Assembly: GCA_963827165.1 (NCBI GenBank)
Contig: CAWGZR010000005.1
Location: 1-64,000 of the forward strand
Direction of reading: 5' to 3'
Length of the DNA stretch: 64,000 nucleotides
DNA from: Candidatus Bathyarchaeota archaeon
Lineage (GTDB): Archaea; Thermoproteota; Bathyarchaeia; Bathyarchaeales; Bathycorpusculaceae
In this document: positions 57,618 through 64,000 of the stretch, in pieces
Position numbering within the stretch: the first letter of the stretch is position 1
Layout: each line of letters opens with the position of its first letter
Made by a program: the position numbers and the translations under genes
The notes under the pieces: generated by a model
Seen by the model: only the letters and a program-made list of their open reading frames with translations
Told to the model about the DNA's origin: nothing
The model's database searches: none

Positions 57618-58438
57618 CTTTGCTCCTCCAGCACCACGGGTATGACAGGTTTTACCATCACAAGTTTGCCATCGCCTGTTCGCAAAGTCTGCAGGATCCT
57701 TTCGGGAATCTGAATAATCCCCTTAGCTTTGCCGTCTGCCTCTCTAATGGGCCTAAACTTGCACATCGCAGATTTACCCTCTAAGGTTTCAATGTTCACC
57801 AGCAAAATCTGGGTATCGCCGTAGAGATCACTCCATTTGCCGACAACGTCAGCATCAACACGCACCACATCTGAAGCAACCAACAACCCTCCGATCTTCT
57901 CCACCATAAACTGGTTAACAGGCGGCTTGGGAAAAACACGTTCGGAAGAAACCGTGGGCACAACAGAAATCTGCTCAGCAGGCGCGGGTTCCTGAGGCAA
58001 CTGAACGACCGCTTTATCCGAGTTAACTTCAGGTTGGCCAGGATCAATTACTTGGCTGTCGGATTCTGCAGGAGATGTTTGATCTAATAGTTTTATGAAG
58101 GTTGGCACGATAACGCAGGCTAAGGCTTTGATCATTTTTTCGTCTGCCGCCCGTGATGAAACGATTGCTAAGTAACGGCTGTGTGTAGATGTGATGCCAA
58201 TCTGTGTGCTTACGCCGAGGATGGTCAGGTTTTCTACGCCACCCATGAAAGTGGCTCGGGTTGCGATTTCGTCGTATGCTTGAACCATTCTTTTGGCTCG
58301 TTCTGCAGCGACAAATTCTTCGTCGCCGGCTAGGATTTCTCCGTCTTTTGTAAAAATGGCAGCTTGGGTTAGCTCCGGGCTAATGTTTTTAAATTCGCCT
58401 AAAATTGTCTGCAGCGGTTTTGTCGAGGCTTCGATCAC
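57614..58438 (-). CDS. Roadblock/LC7-like domain + Pro-rich linker + C-terminal beta-barrel
   Basis: ILGEFKNISPELTQAAIFTKDGEIL; C-terminal IQIPERILQTL..G.LVMVKP. Confidence 0.7.
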   Translation of the reverse strand: MIEASTKPLQTILGEFKNISPELTQAAIFTKDGEILAGDEEFVAAERAKRMVQAYDEIATRATFMGGVENLTILGVSTQIGITSTHSRYLAIVSSRAADEKMIKALACVIVPTFIKLLDQTSPAESDSQVIDPGQPEVNSDKAVVQLPQEPAPAEQISVVPTVSSERVFPKPPVNQFMVEKIGGLLVASDVVRVDADVVGKWSDLYGDTQILLVNIETLEGKSAMCKFRPIREADGKAKGIIQIPERILQTLRTGDGKLVMVKPVIPVVLEEQS

Positions 58439-58458
58439 CTTTGCTGCCAGCCTCCAAT

Positions 58459-58884
58459 TTAAGTTATCTTGAATAGTATTCGCTCTGGGATGCCTTCGTC
58501 CTGCAGCACAAGGTATTTGAGGCCTTCTGTGTCTCCGAGTTGGTCAAGCCATTTGAGAGCTTCGCGAACCTTCTGCAAAACAAGTAGCCTCTCTTGATAA
58601 CTGCGAACTACTGCCTCTATTGCAGTTAACTCGTGGAACGCGTTGGCGTCTAACACGATGTTTAGGGTGCCGACTGTGATTTCGCTGGGGTTCTCCGTTG
58701 ATGCTTTTTTGCCTGCTAGTTTCATGACAACTTCGCGGACTTTCTTTGATTTTTCAGCTAACGTGCGGATTTCATCCAGCCGTCGCAGATACTCGCCCAA
58801 AACGCTTTTTGTTTCGGACAGCTCCTTATCCAGGGCGTCGGCTATTGCTTGTGCGGAATTGTATTCTTGTATTTGAGTTACCAT
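58459..58884 (-). CDS. coiled-coil protein
   Basis: Two helical heptad blocks around a short beta hairpin; GGAGG SD. Confidence 0.8.
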   Translation of the reverse strand: MVTQIQEYNSAQAIADALDKELSETKSVLGEYLRRLDEIRTLAEKSKKVREVVMKLAGKKASTENPSEITVGTLNIVLDANAFHELTAIEAVVRSYQERLLVLQKVREALKWLDQLGDTEGLKYLVLQDEGIPERILFKIT

Positions 58885-58981
58885 ACTTTTTTACCCTCCA
58901 AGAGGAAACGAAAGAGAAAAGGAAAAAGGTGGTGATGCAAATTTCACCTTACCCCCGAAATTTCAAATCAAACTTGTTTGC

Positions 58982-59491
58982 TTAAGGTCCGTTGTATGAA
59001 GCTGAAGTTGTGATCGTGTTGCCTTTTGAAGTCATCAATGCTATCGTGTACTGCGCGCTGTTAACGAATGAAGTCGCGGTTGCAGGCAAAGTTATGTAAA
59101 CGTCTACTGAAGTGCCTTTAGCAATTGGTAGCTGTCCTTTAGATAAAAGGCTTGTAGCGGTGGTGCCACTGAGATATCCTTCGGCTATTTTTGCGGTATT
59201 TCCATCTATAGTTACTGAAGATATGGTTACTGTTGCGGAGCCTGTGTTTTGAATGGTTACGATACCTGCAGAAGTTGTGCCGCCTGTGAGGTTGGTTGGA
59301 CTGTTATATGTGTTAGTTAAGACAGCGTTGGTTACTTTTGCTTGTTCAGAGTTTCCCATGAATCCGATAGTTAATGCTCCCATCCATGCTGCGACGACGA
59401 CGCTGACTGCTACGGTTACAGCGATTAGTATGATTGTTGCTATTACGGGGCTTAGTGCTTTTGCGCTTTTCCTAAATTTCCTGAAATTCAT
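58982..59491 (-). CDS. archaeal type IV pilin (class III signal peptide)
   Basis: KSAKA/LSPVIATIILIAVTVAVSVVVAAW; GGAGG before ATG 59491. Confidence 0.9.
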   Translation of the reverse strand: MNFRKFRKSAKALSPVIATIILIAVTVAVSVVVAAWMGALTIGFMGNSEQAKVTNAVLTNTYNSPTNLTGGTTSAGIVTIQNTGSATVTISSVTIDGNTAKIAEGYLSGTTATSLLSKGQLPIAKGTSVDVYITLPATATSFVNSAQYTIALMTSKGNTITTSASYNGP

Positions 59492-59708
59492 TTGTTTTTG
59501 TACCCTCCTTGGGTTAAATATACGTTCCACGAACAAAGCTAATAAATATTATGACTTAATACACAATATTATAGATGTGTCGAGCACAACTACACCAAGT
59601 CGAACTTCAAAGTAAAATTTACCCAGTTGGCTGGCCCTGCTGACCGCTGGATGTTGAGTTTGTGAAAAAGATATTGGGCGATTTCAAAAAACTTTTGGAG
59701 TTTTCGGG

Positions 59709-60041
59709 TTAGGATTCTAGTTCGTCGAAGAATCCGAGCAGCAGTTTGGCTACTTTTTCGCCGAGTTCCGTTTTTAGGTAGTATTTCTTGAGTGGGTCGA
59801 TTCGTTCGCTTTTGGCTAGCCCTAGCGATTCGATTTCGATCATTCTTGCCCTAAATGTTCCGTCGCTTAGTGTAAGTTTGTTTTTGCGCATGAAGTCTTT
59901 GGCTTCTTTCCATTTGCCGCGTCCCGCATAGAGAAGGAACAGGCAGTCGATTGCGTGGTCTTTTTCAAGCATGGTTTTGACGGCGGACAGTTTGGGGTCT
60001 GTCAAGATGTGCTTGATTTTATCGTCCTCGTTTTTTGCCAT
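59709..60041 (-). CDS. winged-helix DNA-binding protein
   Basis: LSDGTFRARMIEIESLGL...YYLKTELGEKV. Confidence 0.8.
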   Translation of the reverse strand: MAKNEDDKIKHILTDPKLSAVKTMLEKDHAIDCLFLLYAGRGKWKEAKDFMRKNKLTLSDGTFRARMIEIESLGLAKSERIDPLKKYYLKTELGEKVAKLLLGFFDELES

Positions 60042-60407
60042 TTTTTCTTAACACCTTTCCTTTACATTTTGTTATTAAACCAAAAGTTAGCGTCTTATGC
60101 TTTTAAACCATATTGCGAATCGTGAAACATATCTAAAGACGCCTTCCTTCAGAAAACATGTATAACGTGCAACTTGCTTATAAATTATTAGCAGGTAGCA
60201 AAAATTGATTAAGGTTAAACATTCAGCCATAAAATGGAATTGAAATCAATAAAGCTCTTATTTTTTTATAGAATGTTGGGTTTGCATGGGAGGGCTTGGT
60301 TGCTGCAGTTTTTTGATGTTGAATAGGGTGAGTTGGTTTCTTGGGGAACGGTAAATTTAACTACGAAAGCCTGCAAATTATGTTCACTTTAGAATGAGGC
60401 GTAAGGT

Positions 60408-61001
60408 ATGGCTGCCCTAACCGTTTATGAGGTTCCGACTTGGAGCCAAATCTACGATATGCTGCTGAACCAAGCAGCTAAAATCCGAAGCGACGGCTAC
60501 GTTCCCGATATCATAGTTGGCATCGCCCGGGGCGGTTTGGTGCCCTCACGAATTTTGGTCGATCTTCTGGAGACGCGGGATTTCGCTATAATCACCATAG
60601 AATATTACATTGGGATAGGCCAAACTCAGCGGGAACCCATCCTAAAACAGTGCCTCCATATCCAACTAACGGGCAAGAAAGTTCTGCTGGTTGATGATGT
60701 TTCTGACGGCGGTAAAAGCTTGCAGCTTGCCAAGAAGCATTTGGAAGATCAATGTGCCAAAGAAATAAAGATTGCCACCATCTACTGCAAACCAGGAACA
60801 GTAACTACACCCGATTATTTCGAGAAGGAGACAAGCCACTGGATCGTTTTTCCTTGGGAAGCCCGAGAAACCCTGATTAAAATAAGGCGCAAAATCAGTG
60901 GCGAACGCGCTATAAGCAGAGAAGTCTCCAATCTTGTGCGCTCGGGGTATCCAAAGCAGTTGGCTGAGAAACTCCTCCAAAACGATGGAAAGATCAAATA
61001 A
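60408..61001 (+). CDS. type I (purine) phosphoribosyltransferase
   Basis: GIARGG, VLLVDDVSDGGKS, PDYF..WIVFPWE. Confidence 0.92.
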   Translation: MAALTVYEVPTWSQIYDMLLNQAAKIRSDGYVPDIIVGIARGGLVPSRILVDLLETRDFAIITIEYYIGIGQTQREPILKQCLHIQLTGKKVLLVDDVSDGGKSLQLAKKHLEDQCAKEIKIATIYCKPGTVTTPDYFEKETSHWIVFPWEARETLIKIRRKISGERAISREVSNLVRSGYPKQLAEKLLQNDGKIK

Positions 61002-61564
61002 TGCTGCATCAAATAAAAGAATTTGGGGCCTACGCTGAAATAACTGGGTTTAGAGCCGTGAAATTCTCGGATGCAGAAGCCTTCCTCAAGGAATGCCGAA
61101 AGAAAACCCGCTCTGTTGACCTGCAATTCTATGACGCTGACCTGATCGCGACCCGGAAACACCTGTATTTCGCTGTCCTCAATGCACTGCAAGCTTTCCA
61201 CAACAAAACCAACGTTGCCAAAAGCTTAGCTGTCGAAACCATGCTTTACGCTTCTGCCCAACGACAAATACAGCGAGCCATCCAACGATGCGGCATAAAA
61301 CCCCAAACTCAAAACATGGCTGTCACAATAATTGGGGAAAACCTCGTTGAAATTCAAGCGTCGCTGCAGAAAATTAGCGCATGCATCAAAGTTAAGCCCG
61401 ATGAAACCGTGTTGGAAATAACCAGGGTTAAGCTTGAGAAAATTAAGTCATCTTTCCAAATCAAAGATGAAGAGGTCAAATCGGTGATTAGCGGCGGCGA
61501 CTTGGAAGCAGCAGTTGTTGGCCTCGTCGTTGAACGTGCAGCCCTGCTTGCAACTCAACTCTAA
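61001..61564 (+). CDS. cgi121: KEOPS complex subunit Cgi121
   Basis: HLYFAVLNA..AKSLAVETMLYASAQRQIQRAI..G. Confidence 0.9.
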   Translation: MLHQIKEFGAYAEITGFRAVKFSDAEAFLKECRKKTRSVDLQFYDADLIATRKHLYFAVLNALQAFHNKTNVAKSLAVETMLYASAQRQIQRAIQRCGIKPQTQNMAVTIIGENLVEIQASLQKISACIKVKPDETVLEITRVKLEKIKSSFQIKDEEVKSVISGGDLEAAVVGLVVERAALLATQL

Positions 61565-61566
61565 GA

Positions 61567-62094
61567 CTACAGCATTTTCTCTTTCATAACGGACAGGACA
61601 TCGCTGGGTTTAAGCAGTGAAATTCCCGTGAGGGCGCCCAGAACCTCGATCTGAAGGATGCGGTTGGGGTTGTTCATGTCTGCTTTGCGTTTAATGTCTG
61701 AAGCCGCAGCTTCAATGATTTCTTTGGAGTGCAACGCGGTGAAGCGTTTCTCAACAGTGACCCTGAAGGATTCTTGTTCGCCGATTCTGGCGGCTAACTC
61801 TTGTGTTACATGTTTGATTTCTGCCAAGTCGGTTGGTATAACCCGTTCGATGGGAACGATTCGCAGGGAGTAACGGAACTCGTATGGACGCTCCTTAAGG
61901 ATGTCGCGTAGCTTTTCTATGGCGGTGAAGGGATCTAGTGTGGTTTTAGCCACGATTAAGCCACGGATTTTAGTCTTAGCTGCCTGCGGGTCAGGGTCGC
62001 CTAACTCATCTTTGAGCAAGTAAAACAGCTCGTTGCACATCGGCCTCTCGTTACCTCTTGCTGTCGTAGCAACAAGGTTGAAGTTACTGATCAT
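61567..62094 (-). CDS. THUMP domain RNA-binding protein
   Basis: SFRVTVEKR..ADMNNPNRILQIEV. Confidence 0.9.
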   Translation of the reverse strand: MISNFNLVATTARGNERPMCNELFYLLKDELGDPDPQAAKTKIRGLIVAKTTLDPFTAIEKLRDILKERPYEFRYSLRIVPIERVIPTDLAEIKHVTQELAARIGEQESFRVTVEKRFTALHSKEIIEAAASDIKRKADMNNPNRILQIEVLGALTGISLLKPSDVLSVMKEKML

Positions 62095-62807
62095 AACGTT
62101 CCCAGAATTGAAAATGGGGACAGGTTATTTCTGCCTTTGGCTTCCCCGCCGGATATTTTCTTTTTTCGCACCAGTACCTGTAGGTTTTCTAGATTCCCAA
62201 ACGGGAGTGTCTGATGAACCAAAGAGATGAAAAACTCTTTTCAGGGCACTGCGTTTGTCTGTGAATGCAACGTGTACCCCTAGTCCGATTAGACGCTTCA
62301 ATTAGGCGCCAAATACTTCGATGAAGAAATCGACACAAGGTATCGCATGTTGAATTGATTCTTCAAGATACAAATTGCGGCTCTTCATGTAAAAAGCTAA
62401 CCAATTACGTGAAGGGTTTATGTTAATTTTGGGTCAGCGTTATTTTGACGATTTCTCACAGCGTAGAGCTCGAAGCCGTCGCCTCACATCATCCCGATCT
62501 CAATGTGGGTCTACGGAAATTTATTCATTTTGTTCAAAGAAAGCGGGTTTTTTACGAGGTCAGTCGGGTTACAAGGTCTGAGACTCAAGTGTCCAAGTTT
62601 TCGCTTTGCCCAATTTTCACCACTACAGCCTGCATTAGTGTTCCGTTGTTTGAAAGGACTGGAAAGTTTATGTGGAAAAATCTGTTCACGAAACATGTTT
62701 TAGCCCTAATTCATCATGCAGGATTAACGACAGTTGACGAATCTAAATCTTTAAAGTTCCGCAAGGGTAGGGTAGATTATACGTGTATTTGGAGGTGAAA
62801 AAGAGAT

Positions 62808-62876
62808 ATGATATTCGAAGAAGAAGATGAATGGGAAGAAGGCGAAGACGAAGAATGGGAAGAAGAAGAATGGTAA
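62808..62876 (+). CDS. 22-aa acidic Glu/Trp micropeptide
   Basis: MIFEEEDEWEEGEDEEWEEEEW*; GGAGGTGA SD; T-rich tract downstream. Confidence 0.65.
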   Translation: MIFEEEDEWEEGEDEEWEEEEW

Positions 62877-63105
62877 ACCAATGACCAACTAGTTTTCACT
62901 ATATCTTTTCTTTAGACTAAGCTTTCCATTGTTTTGGTTTTGCCGTTATTAAAAAAAAGGACAGACACTTTTTCCATGATCGTTTTTTATCCGATATTCT
63001 TTGCGAAGAACTCCAAAGTCATTTTGTGAATGCAAGGAACCTTAACACGACTTGAAATTTAGCGATCATTCGCTAAAAGCTTAACTGAAAAGACACTTGC
63101 GATAA

Positions 63106-63210
63106 TTGGCGATAGCAAGAGAAGTTGACGTGTCAATTTACGATGCCTCGTATCTTTCCGTTCTGAAAACCAAATCCAAATTAATTACGGTCGACGAGAA
63201 AATGTCCTAA
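63106..63210 (+). pseudogene. VapC/PIN remnant
   Basis: AIAREVDVSIYDASYLSV...LITVDEK*. Confidence 0.5.
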
Positions 63211-63321
63211 AAGTGTAGGGCATCTTCGGTGTTCTCCATGTTAAAGAATACGTACAAAATTTCAACTCCGCTTTTTTAAATTTATAACTTAGTTGTTACC
63301 TTCATAGTTGAGAGTTTAGCT

Positions 63322-64000
63322 ATGACCCGAATTGCTGTGCTTAATCAGGACAAATGCAAAGTTAAAAAATGCAACCAAGTCTGCGTCAGCTACTGCCCGA
63401 TGGTTCGCAGCAGAGTGGAAGCCATTAGGGTAGAAGGAAACAAAGCGGTCATATCCGAATCTCTCTGCAGTGGCTGCGGGATCTGTGTTAAGAAATGTCC
63501 CTTCAAAGCCATCACTGTTGTCAACTTGCCCGACGAGTTAGAGAAGGATTGCAGCCACCGGTTCACCGAAAACAGCTTCAAACTTTTCCGGTTACCAATG
63601 CCATCACCCGGCACGGTGCTGGGTTTACTGGGACAGAACGGCATAGGCAAAACCACGACGCTTAAGGTTTTCTCTGGTGAGATAAAACCGAACTTGGGAA
63701 AGTTCAATGATCCGCCTGATTGGCCGGAAATAATCCAGTATTATCGGGGTTCAAGCCTTCAAGATTACTTTCAGAAAATGAGTGAGAAAAAACTCAAAGT
63801 GAGCAGCAAACCCCAGTACGTTGATAAAATTCCGAAGGCGGTCGCTGGGAAAGTGGGCGATTTGCTGGAAAAGGTTGATGAAAGAAAACAGTTAGACGCC
63901 ATCGCTGAGGAGCTTGAGCTCAAAAAAGTGTGGGACAGACCTTTAGATGTTCTTAGTGGTGGGGAACTTCAACGTGTTGCCGTCGCCGCTGCCCTCAGCC
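63322..64000 (+). CDS. rli1: ABCE1/RLI1 ribosome recycling ATPase, partial
   Basis: N-terminal FeS Cys clusters (CVSYCP, CSGCGICVKKCPF), GQNGIGKT, LSGGELQR. Confidence 0.97.
   Translation, partial: MTRIAVLNQDKCKVKKCNQVCVSYCPMVRSRVEAIRVEGNKAVISESLCSGCGICVKKCPFKAITVVNLPDELEKDCSHRFTENSFKLFRLPMPSPGTVLGLLGQNGIGKTTTLKVFSGEIKPNLGKFNDPPDWPEIIQYYRGSSLQDYFQKMSEKKLKVSSKPQYVDKIPKAVAGKVGDLLEKVDERKQLDAIAEELELKKVWDRPLDVLSGGELQRVAVAAALS

Noticed and set aside
62445-62798. 117-aa ORF and overlapping short ORFs
   Set aside because: No motif or SD; reads as intergenic sequence containing the micropeptide promoter
1-64000. CRISPR array or cas genes
   Set aside because: No regularly spaced 24-47 bp repeats with unique spacers. 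The 24-bp-phased motif at 8006-8064 is only 11 bp and present three times.

Overview
Archaeal genomic window, most consistent with Bathyarchaeia. Evidence for that assignment: thermosome, TrmY, Cgi121, ABCE1, archaeal tRNAs, a class III signal pilin and a PQQ-type beta-propeller surface protein. The left ~41 kb is an accessory island built around a compact tailed-virus (Caudoviricetes, siphovirus-like) head-tail-packaging module (~12.1-30.8 kb, minus strand) and a wHTH-rich putative early block (37.6-39.9 kb). It ends at a Fic gene and a degenerate tRNA-Val 3' half (41216-41262, att-like). No integrase, helicase or primase is visible. The island is interleaved with cargo cassettes of secreted Ser/Thr/Asn/Tyr-rich proteins (putative glutamic-peptidase/thermopsin-like, GH12-like, YVTN propeller, toxin-like) and membrane-tethered wHTH regulators, each with its own palindrome. 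Sequence-level signals: a -1 frameshift in the tail chaperone; a covarying double hairpin on both sides of the capsid gene; a ParB-ABC ATPase-GNAT module upstream of terminase with +1 and -1 frame breaks; apparent ACG/ATC starts; a 10-bp motif present four times around fic; 24-bp-phased operators; and a tRNA-Thr with changes at both D-loop and T-loop tertiary positions. The right ~23 kb is mostly housekeeping, with a pilin-Roadblock cluster and several micropeptides. All family assignments come from motif recognition by eye, not database searches.
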